DNA from: Tricharina praecox
Taxonomy: Eukaryota
DNA: 64,000 bases
Direction of reading: 5' to 3'
Assembly (NCBI RefSeq): GCF_024521635.1
Contig: NW_026250420.1
Coordinates: 248,001 to 312,000 of the forward strand
Every line of letters begins with the position of its first letter. Positions within the stretch are counted from its first letter, which is position 1. Shown here piece after piece: positions 26,419 through 39,161 of this stretch. The notes under the pieces were generated by a model. The model was not told the origin of the DNA, did not search any database, and was given only the letters and a program-made list of their open reading frames with translations. A program made the position numbers and the translations under genes.

Positions 26419-29400
26419 ATGTTCGGCGCATCTTCACCTGCTGTCTCCACCGGCGGCGGGATGAACCTCTACCCAGACCTTCCATCGGAGTTGCGCACCC
26501 AAACCACCGCCAATGCGCCATCGCAGCAACTGCAGCAGCAGCAACAGCAGCAACAGCAAGGCTCCCAGACCTCTACAGCGACAACCACCACCACGACAAC
26601 AACGAACAACTCCTCTCTAGCGCCTGCGCGAGGCACAACAGACAACCTTGGACCCGTTCAGCGGGCGGCAAGAAGCATCCAGGAGACCCTAGAGGCAGAG
26701 AAGAGGTATCCACAGCTGGATGACATCGTATCGCGTGAGTTTCGACCCGTCACTCCCGCCTCCGGCCGACGTCTGCTGACCTGCGGTGTGTGTTTGTGCG
26801 GCGATCAGAGGGTCAGTCACAAGACTATGAGTTGGCCCCGGCGCATGCCTGGGAGCCTTTCGTCCGCGTTAATAGCTACACGATACCAGATGTCATCTTT
26901 GAACAGTACAACCGCGTCACAAGTTACACGCTGATGGGCTTGTTTCCGGAGATCAAGCAGGCATGGGTTACCGTTGACAATCGGCTGTACATGTGGGATT
27001 ATGCTACGCAGACCGGTTTCATGGGCTACGAGCAGCAGACCAATACGATTACGGCGGTCCGAATGCTGAAGCCAAAGCCAGGTACGGGGAAGCTGTCTGC
27101 TGATGCAGTGTTGATGACACCGGAGCGCTAATCGTTATGTAGGCGTGTTTGAGAATGTTAACTACATTCTCGTTGTGGCTACAATGGTTGATGTGTTTTT
27201 ACTTGGTGTGAACGCAACGCAAAACCAGCGAGGGATCTTTGACGTCACGCTATTTGAGACCGGAATGAGTATTCCAACCAAGGGAATCAACGTTACGATC
27301 ATAGAAGGCAGCAAGAAGACAGGAAGGATCTTCCTTGCCGGTCACACAGATAACGAAGTTTACGAATTTTCTTACCAGGTGAGTTTAACGGTGCCTCGAT
27401 GCGAATGACAGGCTAGCTAACTTGTGTGTAGGCGGAAGAGCGATGGTTCCAAGGTCGATGTCAAAAGATCTGTCACACCACAAGCAGCGCATCTGCGTTT
27501 GCTCCCCGACTGCCGGCATGGGCGTCTGGACCAAAAGACACCGAAAATGTCAAGCAGATGGTTGTGGACGATACCAGGAATCTGCTGTACACATTGTCCT
27601 CGAAATCGACAATACGAGTCTTCCACTTGCGCGGCGATGGAGCTCTCGTGCAGAGTCTCTCGCATTCGTTCTCGCACACTCTGGCAAACATCCGTGTCAT
27701 GGTTGGAAACACTCCACTATTGGGACCCGAAACCCCGATTGTGTCGATATCACCGGTCTCGGCCCTCCAAGCTAGACGCACACATCTCATTGCCGTTACA
27801 AAGTCTGGATGCCGGCTCTTTATGAGCGCTGTTTCGTCCGAATACGGCTTCGGAGGCACCGACTCAGCCCCCACCAGCATGCAGGTTATCCACATCCGAT
27901 ACCCGCCCAACGGTTTAGTCCACAACGATGTGCGGAAAGCCAAGGTCTTCACACCCGGATACTTCTTCTGTTTCATGGAAAGGAATCCCACACTGGACGA
28001 GCTGCTCTTTGCTGCGCCGGATTCTGCGAAAATTCAGGCACTCGCAGATGGTGGTAACATAAGGCTGCAGCTTGCCGAGCAAGCAAGCACCGCAGACTTG
28101 GGTTCTCGAGTGGAGTCCATTGAGCTTGTCGCTGGGCCTTTTGCTGCCCAACGATCGCCCCCTGGATTCGGAAATGAGCTCGCCACGCAGTACGACGTGA
28201 CACCGACGGAAATCGCTATTCTCACAAATTCTGGAGTCACTGTACATCGTCGACGACGACTTGTGGAGGTATTTGATGGGCTGCTGAGATACGGCAGTGC
28301 GGCTTCGACAATCGGTGTGGAGGGTGAAGTTCGCAAGTTTTTTAATGACTATGGACGCGCTGAAGGTTGTGCATCTGCACTTGCTGTCGCTTGCGGTGCT
28401 AGCCAGGATTCCACAGCCTCCCAGACTGCTTCCAGGATTAGCGACATGGAAATTGAGGATCTTGCTCGGAGGTACTTCATCGAATTCGGTGGTAAGCCGA
28501 GGGCTGATAATGTCTTTGAAGCCTCCGGGGTGCCTAGCCTTGACAGCATCAAGGTTTCGGGCCGCGCTGAAGGATTGCAACTTTACCTCGCCCGCATCGT
28601 TCGGAGTATATGGAAGGCGTTCATTATCAGCGAATCTCGGACCCCCGGCGGCGGCTTGGAATATGTTTCGAGCGTTCCCATGGCGAAGCTGAGGTTGATT
28701 CAGGACCAACTTGTGCGACTTGATCACTTTGTCCGGACAAACAAGAGCTTCATCGTGGGCTTGTCTGGTGCGGACAGTCTCCTGGTTGCTGGCAGCAAAA
28801 TTGACGAAGTGGCGAACCAGGCGGAACACCGCATGCTCCACGCGCTTGTCACATTAAACCAGAGTATGATCGAGGGCATTTCATTCGTCTTGTTCTTGTT
28901 GGAGGATAAGCTCACCGACATCATTCTTTCTTTGGACACTGCGAGCCGAGAATTGGTTGGTACCATGACCTATGGTGGCCTTTTCGCCACTCCCCAGGGA
29001 CAGAATCTTGCCAAGGAACTGGTCACCGCTATCGTCAACAGGAACATCGCCCATGGAGTGAATGTGGACACGATTGCGGATGCTCTCAGAAGGAGGTGCG
29101 GTTCCTTCTGCAGTGCTGATGACGTGGTTGTGTTCAGGGCACTGGAACAAGTCAAGAGGGCCAAGACGGAGAAGGACGCAGATGTCAAGCACAGGCTCTT
29201 GAGAGAGAGTCTCCGCTTATTCGAAGAGACCGCAGCTAGTCTGACAATGGACAACCTTTCGGACATGGTGCAGCAGTTCCGGGAGCTTCAGTATCACCCA
29301 GGCGCGGTTCAACTGGCACTTGTGGTTGCGAAGGAGGCAGATCGGGGAAACATCACGTTGCAGTTCTTGACCGAGCCTCCAACGGTGGAGAACGAGACAT

Positions 29401-30689
29401 CGGAGATTTACCACAAGCGCGTCCAGTGCTATGGCTTCATCTTCGCAATCCTAGAAGACCTCGATCGACTCAGCACTCAATCCCCGGAGATGATTGACGG
29501 TGCTCCATCTCCCATAATGCGTCTTCGAAACGAGACCTGGACTCTGATCTACAACTCCGACGACGAGCTATTCCACTACCACCTATACGACTGGCTTTAC
29601 TCCCAGGGCGGTGCCTATGCGGAACGTTTGCTCGACATCAACTCCCCATACGTCCTTGGATATCTCACATACCGAGGCGCGGAATCACTCGATCACTGCG
29701 AACTGCTCTGGCAATACCATTCGCGGCGAGAGCGGTTCTTCGAAGCGGCGGAAGTTCTTCACGAGCTTGCCATCTCCGAGTTCCAGCTTACGTTGGAGAA
29801 GCGACTCGAGTTCTTCTCTCGTGCGAGAAACTTCTGCAATTCTTCGTACTCGGGTGCCTCAAGGAGGAAGATGAACGAGCTCGGTCAGACGATCCAGGAG
29901 GAGCTAGACGTCGCTGTCATCCAAGACGATCTGTTGAAGAGGCTGCGCGAAGACCCCCGGATATCAACTGAGAAGAAGTTTAAGCTTGAGGCCAAGTTGG
30001 GTAAGGGGATCATCGATCTCAGCAAGGTAATTATCATACCCCCCCCCTGTTTGGTAAATCAATGCTAATATGAATCCCAGCTGTTTAACGAGTACGCATC
30101 TCCCTATGCTTACCACGACATTTGCCTGGCGATCTTCCAGGTAGCCGAATACCGCGGCTCCGCCGACATAAAGAAGTGCTGGGAGATGTTAATCTCTCAA
30201 AAGCACACGCAAGCACTCGAACAGGGGGAAGCACAGCCCTTTGAGGTTGTCGCCGAGACAGTCCGCAGCATGGGAAGCCGTTTCGCGTCGAGCGAATACA
30301 TTTTCCCGGCTGGCGACCTGATCCCGCTGCTTGAGCGGTATGCATTCGAGCACCAGCGCGACGTCGGCCCCGACGGCTGGGTGGTGGACACGTTCATAGA
30401 GGCTGGAGTAGCAGAAGAACGGATCCTCCACGTGCTGGTGGACATGTTCTACCGTGACGAAGTTCCATTCCGCGGACTCGCGAAACGTCGGATCCTGGTC
30501 GACACGGTCAATCTGGTGGAGCGCTGGTGGAGTAAGGTTATTAAGCGGGGCGGAAGCAGCTCCGAGGGCTTCAGGGGACAGACAGTTTCTGAGGCGCTTA
30601 GAAGGATGATGACGCAACTGCCCACTGTCGGCCCGGAGGCGGATAGAGTGGACAGAGTGTTGGCGGATATCGCGAGGAGGGGGTATTAA
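26419..30689 (+). CDS. NUP170: Nucleoporin Nup170/Nup157 (Nup155 family); exons 26419-26734, 26809-27081, 27143-27378, 27432-30026, 30081-30689
   Basis: MGLFPEIKQAWVTVDNRLYMWDY, GRIFLAG, VVDDTRNLLYTLS, FGNELATQY, LRRRCGSFCSADDV, DELFHYHLYDW, LFNEYA; all introns phase-consistent. Confidence 0.95.
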
Positions 30690-31309
30690 TGGGGTTGCGA
30701 TGTGTATGTGAGGGTGAGGAGGAAGGGGAAAAGTGGGCAATTCAAAGTTGTGGGCGTCGTTGTATTATAGTGAAGATACAGAGGGGGGGGTTCGGTTTTT
30801 ACTTCTTCTTTACTTCTTCTACATCTGTGTTTTCTGATTCCGATTTCTTTTATATCACATCTTTCTCTTTCTTCTCTTTCTTTTTGGTTTTTTTTCCTAG
30901 TAGCGGTGAAAGACGGTGGGGAATATCGATATGAAGTTGTTGGCAGATTCTTCTGGACGTCCCGTTCATTATCCCTTCTGTGTTTTGGTTATGGTTTTAG
31001 TTTTGGCATTGGGTTTTGTCCCCTTGTGCTCGCGGCAGTTTGTAGTTATGTGTCAATACTCGGATGTGAAGTGAGGTGATGTGATGTGAGATGCTGGAGA
31101 TGCTGAATGGGGAGGGGAGAGGAGGGGAGGGCGGGTGTACACATGAATGGGGAATTGAAGCGACCGGATCGGACCGTCTATGTATGGCGTGGGTATGCAT
31201 ACTGGCATTGGTACTGGCACTGGCACTAACTAGCGATTACTACCCACTGCATTGGCGTGTACTATACGGCACAGAGTGCTGATCGCACCACTCCACACTC
31301 TAGGTATAA

Positions 31310-31863
31310 TAGAGAGTTTGCGCTTTGCGTCTAGACGCAAATTTAGCCTGGTTTTCACTTGATCGTTGTGAGTTCGTCTAGAGAGTTTGCGCAGTTGCTC
31401 AAAAGATCGACAGATCAACAGTGTGCCAACCAAGGCAGCAACACGTCTTTTCGGGGTTCTTCAATTCGATTTTCTGCGTGTACTCAAGTACTTCTTGCAG
31501 TAAATCTAGTCGTATCGCGAGTTCATTGATTTCACGTCTTTTTGGCTTTCCAATTTTCATCTAGAAGCGTACCTATCCAACCTCATCCTTTTGGTCTTTG
31601 GGTGGCATCCGACTCTTTTTTCTGGGTTCCAAGCAATATCCTATGCACAATCTGAGCATGACGGCATTCTAAATCTCGTTGACCGTGAACATGGGACGCG
31701 ACGACAGTTCATGGTGGTTGTTGGTGGTATTTGGTGGGAAGGCTGGATTTGCGTTTTGTCTAGACGCAAATACCCTTGATTTGCGTCTGGACAAAACGCA
31801 AATTTCCGGGTCCAGAGCGCCAAGAGAACCGGGTCACAGCCTGGTTTTTGAGCAAACTCTCTA
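31310..31863. mobile_element. MITE-like non-autonomous DNA transposon remnant
   Basis: 12-bp terminal inverted repeats TAGAGAGTTTGC (31310-21)/GCAAACTCTCTA (31852-63); subterminal TTTGCGTCTAGACGCAAA-family palindromes near both ends; no coding capacity and no clear TSD. Confidence 0.6.
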
Positions 31864-32326
31864 ATGCACACTCCACAATTCGCATACGGTATCCCCACGG
31901 TATTTCCACGGAACTATCCGGTGTGAACATGTAAGCATTTTTGGCTTGGTGCTATAGTAGCTAGCTCCATCCACGACCAGCCAGCCAGCCAGCCAGCGTG
32001 TGTTTCCATTTCCACGCACGAAACATACGAACTACCTACCTGGTACCTAAGGACCCAAGGTGCTGTTGAATCCTCACCATTTCCCTGGCGCGTCCGGCGT
32101 ATACATACTCTGGACGTTCATACATACATGTGTAGGTCGGTGCTCGGGTACCTAGCCCGCTACTCGCTGCCCGATGACATATGTACGGTGCGAGCCCTCC
32201 TCCTTCTCCTCGTCGGCTTGCAACATCATCTTGCGGTCTAGACTCCCAGCACGCATTCTCGTACCGCCTCACGCCGCCTCACTCGTGCAAGCGCATGGTT
32301 CTGTCCAGTGGTGTCCGTACTACGTA

Positions 32327-32431
32327 GTTCCAAGTTCGTGCATACGAGATAAGTTGAAGATCTCTCTCTCTCGTTCCAAGTTCGTACGTGCGAAATAAAT
32401 TGAAGATCTCTCTCTGTCGTTCCAAGTTCGT
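32327..32431. repeat. 46-bp tandem duplication (about 2.3 copies)
   Basis: GTTCCAAGTTCGT at 32327, 32373 and 32419, with similar intervening sequence (TTGAAGATCTCTCTCT). Confidence 0.85.
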
Positions 32432-32903
32432 TTCATGTTCCCGGCTAGCCCGCCCCACACCCACCGCCGCACGCCCCGTCCTCCCGTCCCTCCCGCCCGT
32501 CCGCCCACTTCATCCCTCCCCTCTCATCCTTCCTACATATCCCTCCCTCCCGTCCCTTCCATTCCCTCCCCGTCCGTCCGTCCGTCCGTCCGTCAAGCCA
32601 AAAATAAATAATAGTTCCCGCCGTCCGCCGATGATTAGATGTGTAAGTAGAAATGGAAAGCAAAGACCCGCCCCAACCGAATGACAGTCGTTAACTATAG
32701 TATAGGTAGTAGATCGTAAAAAATGAAAAAGGAAAAAGGAAATTTTAAAAAATATGATTGCCCCCCGCCCCACCAAAAAACAAAAAACAAAAACAAAACA
32801 CCGGTATCCATCTATAGAAAAGAGAGAAGGAGAAAAGGAGAAAGTGAAAAGGAATAGGTAGGAAGTAGGGAAATGAAGGGTGAAGGGAGGGTGGAAGGGG
32901 GGG

Positions 32904-34747
32904 TCATGGGTGGACTGCGGGTAAAGTCTCGCAGCCCACTGGTTTTCTTCCTTTCAGCACCACGCTACGAGACTGTTAGCATACTTCGTTCCAGGAGATT
33001 CCCTCTCTGATCGTGAGGGAAGGAGGGGGGAGCCTACAAAGTCGTGTACAGCTCCAATTTCTTGTTTGTGATATCCCTCTTCGCCTGTCTGGCGAGGGCC
33101 TCCGCCTCGCCCGGGTCCACGCACGCAAATATATACGCATCGACGCCCTCGAGAGCGCTGAGCATATTCAGGGTACCGATCTCCTGCTCGGTGGCGCTTT
33201 CCTTCGACCAAGCACCGAGCGGAATGTTGTGGCGGGTCAGTTCGACGTCCACGAAGCCGGCGGCGCGCATGAGCGCATCGAAGGTGAAGAGTTCCTCGCC
33301 GCTAGCGCGGCCCTGGCTGGTGAGGAAGGACGAGAAGCAGCTGGTGGCGCGCGTGATGGCCAGCGTGGATAGCGGCGTCGAGGCGTTGTCCGTGTATAGC
33401 TTGCCTGGATCGTCTTGAAGCTCGAGCCAGCCCCCGGGGTGTAAGGTTCTGAGAGAGGTTGTTAGAAGATGTGGGGGATGTGATGCCAGGTGGGGGCGGG
33501 AGTGTAGAATAGCCTACCTGTAAGCTTCCGAGAAAAATGTGGGCCAGTCGTTGATTCCGCCCAGCTAATATTTCCAGAGTTGGGGTCAGTTATCCGGCGG
33601 GACACATAGCAGCAGGAGGGATGACGATACTGATGGACTTACCAGAAACCTGCTGTGAACTAGCGAAAAGTAGTTGGGAGGGTACAGCCACTCGTCGTTC
33701 GCGTCTTCGATCTCGAAAGTGCAGTTGACGGGACCGGCCACTTGGATCGGGGAGAGATCCGTGCCGATGATCTGTCAACAGGTTGTCAGCTAACCTTGTC
33801 CATTGTCCTGTATCACCCAACCAACATGGAGTGTCAGGGGAGAAATCCCGACGGTTATAGTTGTCAGTGGGGAAAATAGAGCAACATACCCGAGCGTTCG
33901 GAAACTTGCTGCATGGTAATACACATTAACACACCATCATCTTCGGAGATCATGCCCAGAGCCAGAAGGCCGGAAGGTGGGGGGGTCTTGCGAAGACCAA
34001 ATTCGAAAGGGGAGATATATCACTCACTCGGCCATATCGATCGCCCAAACACCTGGTATGACATGTCAGTTCGTTGTCCGCTCAGGCGGGAAAGGGAGCC
34101 CCGTGGAATGTAAACCCACCTGTTCCGGTACCAACATCCAAGATCCTCTTGGGCTGCTCCAGGGGAACCAAGTGTAACTGTTGATTTAACCTGACGCAGG
34201 CAGTCAGCATCTCGACGCATAGGATGGCCACGGGGGTATATTATGCACGAACCGTAGAGACAGCATCTGATCGAGTATCTGCATGCGATCTTGCTCTTGC
34301 TACGCCAACATGCCAGTCAGCCCACTTGTCGGAGGGGGGGCGGGAACAAGTGCAGTTACCTCATCGTTCGGCAATGGCCAGTCCTCACGGAACGACTGGT
34401 ATCGTCGGTTGTTTTCGAAGCGGTAGTTGGCGGTGTTTGAGGAGCGGGATATTGAGGATGCCGAGGAACAGGTTTCAACGCTGAACAACGAGCAGTTGTC
34501 GTCGGCGTCGTCGGCTTCGTCGTAGTCTCCGTTGCGAGTGTATTCCCAAGCATACTGCCGCAACAATCGGTATGTCAGCAATCGAAGATCACGGGTACTC
34601 CGGAGCCCCCGATTGCAATGGAACGGCGGGTGTTCGTCACACGGGGGGCAATAATGGACCGGAAAAGCAATGGTGGCAGGAGCTCACCTCCGAATCCGCA
34701 TCTTCGAACGAGGGGACAGTGTTGGTAACGTTTTCAATTCCCGCCAT
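32904..34747 (-). CDS. LaeA-like (Methyltransf_23) SAM-dependent methyltransferase, about 9 exons
   Basis: Spliced: [128 protein letters not shown]..GRKP. Confidence 0.9.
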
Positions 34748-37700
34748 TTTTTGGAAGTCAAATGATGATTATTGGGCACGATAATAAACAAGCAGTCGGG
34801 GCAGATATATATATAGGGATATATATTCTGACGAGAAGGAGAGAGCGAGAAAGAGAAGAGGAAGCCACAGATTTCCCAAAGAAAAGTTCTTTTTTTGGGT
34901 GGGTGGAGGCGGGCTCGGATACGTAGGAGTTGCAGTTGGATGGTTATTTAGCTCTTCACGACGTGTCAACGGTGGTAGACCAGCAGACAACCGGCAAGTC
35001 CGCGCGAGTAGGCAGACAGTAGGAGGCAGGAAAGGCAGCAGCTACTGCAGTACGATGACGAGTCGGTTGAAGGAAAGAATATGCAGTACGTCGTGGAATC
35101 GGTGGGACGTGGCAGCTATTCGCACTCGTCTGCGGGCCCGTGGTTGGTAGTTAGGGTATGTAGGATTTCGGGTTCCAGGTGTCGGTATGTACGTTCGGAA
35201 GCCAGTGACGGGTGTGGGATATATAGTGTAGCAAAGAGAAGACGAGGACGCCAGCGAGAGATGTGAGATGTGTGTATGGGATTGGTGCAAACGCCCGGCG
35301 GAAAAGTGTACATACCAGCGGCCGGGCGCAACTACTTAAGTGGACGATGGGGAGGGGGGTGGAGAGAGAGTCGAATGCAGATCAGGGATCTCTGGAAAAC
35401 CGAGGATTTGGGTCAGGGCAAGATGTTAGACTCGGTTTGTCAACTGGGACACGCGATATGCGCCCCCGGCCCCCTGGAAAGATGCTCACATATTTTCGAG
35501 CGACTACTGCTAGTAGAGTTATCTAACCATGGTCCCGCTTTCTTCGCTCACTTTTTTCTTTTCTTTTCTTTTCTTTTCGGGTAAGCTGGTACGGTTCTGA
35601 GACCGAGACGAACAAGGCTCCCCTCCGCTTCTCCCCCTCTCCTCTCCCTTCCACTTTTCGAACCGATATTGCTGGTCCCTTTCCATCTGCGAACGACGAC
35701 GATGATGGTGATGATGATGACGAACGGGTGGGTATGTGGGTGTGTGGTGTGTGGTGTGCCCAGCATGAGGCGCTGAAACAAACCAGCCACTACATATCCA
35801 CCTAACCAAACCCTGCGACGCCCGACGCCGACGTCGGCGTCGACTATTCTGCACTTTCCACGCTCGGATCTTCACTTCCACTTTCGTGAGTGGGTGGGGT
35901 GAGGATGAAATCGGCACTACTAGTATGCACTTCCCACGTAGGCTGCGTTCACCGCCGTGATTCGTGGGATTCCTCATTCATGTGTGATGTGTGCGCGATG
36001 GTGTCAAACACCACAATCCAGACTAAGTGAGGGAGTGTAGAGTAGGATCGGTGTCCCTGCGTAGATAGAGTATAGGTAGTACACCACGTATTTATGTAGG
36101 ACTACGATCCGGAGTGAGCGGTGGTAGGACCGCGGTCCTTCCAAACACAAGTCCTGAAGAACTTTGAAATCGATTCCACGGTACCGAAAGACGCGATGCC
36201 ACGCTTCGCTAGCGAAGCGAGGTGAAAGTCGCCACCTCTCGGCCACGGCCGGCAGTGCAGTCGGGCAAAGCCATGTTGTGTCCAGTCCAGTCCTATCCAG
36301 TCTCTCGGTCTTGGGCCCAGCAGAAACAACTCGTGCCTGGTGGTGGTGGTCAAAAAGTGGAGCAGCACGGCAAGAATTCTCGTCGGCTTCCTAAGTAAGT
36401 ACCGACAGAAGAGTCAAGAGTCAAGACCCCCTCTGTATTTTCTCCACGGAGATGGCAAGTAAATACTAGTTATTTCTGGTCTGGAGGTAAATGCCGATCG
36501 TGGTAACAAGCAAGTACCGGTATATCTCCCTGAAAAAATGGCAGTTTCCCCCCCGTACAGTCATTTCCAGATATCAATGCCGGTACATATCATACCTATC
36601 GAGGCTGCTGGTAAGTACCGGAGGATGCTCTCCACGGACCTCGCCGACGGAGAGAAGAAGACCAAGACGCAATGCTTTTCTGCTCCATGTTTTTTTTTGC
36701 CCAGAGGGGGAGGAGAGCCTGAGTCCATGTCCACGTTCGCTCCATCCACTCAAGTCTCATGCAAGTCGAAGGCACATTAAAGTTTAGCACAGTCTAGCAT
36801 CCGACGACGACGTGACTGCGCTAGAGTAAACGCATCGCCGTGGACCGTGGTCCCGTCCCCACCCCCCCGGTGCCATGGTGCTGGAAAACCCAGTCCAGTG
36901 TTCCCTCCCCCTCCCCTCCCCATCTCTAACCAAGCAATAACGCCGGAGAACTATAGAACTCTAGACGGACCTGCTGCGGAAGAGGAGGAGAAGGAGGAGA
37001 TGGGGCTTGGGCCTCCCCCCGACCCCTCGATCCCGCCGATCCAATCGTGAGCAAACGATAGCTACCCTTCGCCAGTAGAATAGTATCCCACCTGCAGAAA
37101 GAAAAAAACGAATCGCATCGTGCACGCCCTTGTGATCAGGGTCCGAGCAGTCGCATCGGGTGTCGTCTCGTCTCGGAAGCCACCTCCACCGCCTCCACCA
37201 CCAGAACCACCTCCAGCAGCACGGTCGTCGGGTCATTCACCATCTTCATCTTCAAGTTTCCACGCCCTTCCCCTCATCTCATGCAGCCCACGCACCTCCA
37301 GGCTCCTACACTGCCGGATCTTACCGTTTCCCATTATCACCTATCCCCAATCCCCCACCCCTACCCTGCCTATCCCTATCCTCGAATTCAGCCGTCTCCT
37401 TTTGAGTTTTCCCCCTCACTTCACTTGTACAAACTGCAAACGAAACAACGAGAGCGAGAACGAGAAATAGAATACATACCCTGCGCGGCCCCCAATCAAT
37501 CAATCTTAACTAGATACCTAGAGTAGAGTATCGGCGCGTTCCGCCCACGCGGATGGCATGGGGTGGGGTGGGGTGGTACTTTTGGGATGGGATGGCGTGG
37601 GGTGATTGCCAATTGGCGCGGCGAGGCGCGGCGGGGAAACAACAAGTTCATTGACGTAGAGTACCTGGGTAGGCCCAGGCTCCGACATGTTTTACTTGCT

Positions 37701-38444
37701 GTCAGCAACAACAATGACGACGATGATGATGATGGCAATAACAACGATAAGAAGAAGAAGAGAAGCGGCACAGGATCCCAGATTCCAGATGAAACCGCGC
37801 GCGGATGGGAGGGGGGGTGCACAGCCGCGGTAGATACTGTGCATACCTTCATACTCGGTATATGTGGGTACGTAAGGATATGTACCAGGAACAGTACAAT
37901 AAACCACTGGTGCGGGGAAAGGGAGCGAAGGAGGGATTGAAGGAAGGAAGGCACTCTACATCGGAAGCAAGGAGAGGGCGGGGAGGAGCCGGGGTGAAGT
38001 GTGCGCAATCATCCCCGGCGCTCGTCCCCCAAGTTCCAACTATTTCAATCCCGCGGAGCAGTGGAACACTCTATGGCACATGGCACATGCTGGCACTCAA
38101 CCCAAAACCGGGAGGTTGGTAACAATTATCGCAGTGCATCGGCATTGGCACTGGCATGGGACTGGCGGTGGGAGCAGGTGTTACAAATTACACAGGAGAC
38201 GATCCCGACAATCCGTTCGGCCTGCCTGATCAGTGATACATACCGCACCATCCCATGGGATCCTATGGGATCCCACCATTGCACTGGGTTCTCCTTCTCC
38301 TTCCAATTCCATTCCCATTCCCATGCTCTGGTCGAGGCCGGGGGGGGGGGGGGGAGCTGAACTCGTGCGTGCGTGTGCGTATAGCTAGTGGTGTACCGAA
38401 TCATCGGAATCTGCATTTTTGTCTTTCTCCTGATCCCAATGATC

Positions 38445-38514
38445 CCATGCAGTGGATATCCCATGCAGTGGATATATGCAGTAGATATATGCAGTAGATA
38501 TATGTAGTGGATAT
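38445..38514. repeat. Degenerate 13-16-bp tandem repeat (ATGCAGTGGATAT)
   Basis: atgcagtggatat / atgcagtagatat units. Confidence 0.75.
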
Positions 38515-39161
38515 TCCTAGTAGTATACTAGATATAGTACTAAGTATCTACTTGGTACGTACCTACATACATAGACACTTTGGGTGGCAGGCAGGAGAAA
38601 GGTACGGTACGGTTCCCAGCCCCTCTCCGTTCCCCCCTCCATGGATGAGGTAGGTAGAGTATGTAGGTAGTACGACTCCGGTAGAGTAAAATGCAAAAAA
38701 GATGACGATCCGATGCGATGGACTGGACGGGAAAGAAAAAGTGAAAGAAAAAAAAAGAAAGAAAAAAAAGAACTGGGAATGTATTCGAAGGTTGTAACTT
38801 GTAGGAGTAGGAGCGGGAGATAATTCCGCCTCGTCACTCGAGGACCTCGAGTCCGTTCGTTTTCACAAGTGGACTGACCATTATTGCTCGATGAGCTGCA
38901 TCTGCCGCTCCTGGGTCCTGAGTCTACTATTAATGGCACGGAAGAACCCACTAGCCAGTAGCTGCACAAACGAAAAGGTATGTAGACGCACGGCGTGCAA
39001 GAATGACGAGCAGGGCCTATTCATCATGATCAATCGACTCCATTATGCGATTGATCGAGTGACATCCCATGCTAGTCCATGGTAGCCTGTAGGCACAGTT
39101 CATCCCCCAATCCAAACCTCCGAAACAAAAATGCAAGAACAAATAGAAAACCGAAAACAAA

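Noticed and set aside
27915..28841. 308-aa minus-strand ORF, and similar plus-strand ORFs over the NRPS
   Set aside because: Antisense shadows of NUP170 and sidC.
32327..32431. CRISPR-like spacing of GTTCCAAGTTCGT
   Set aside because: The intervening sequences resemble each other (tandem duplication), the context is eukaryotic and there are no cas genes.
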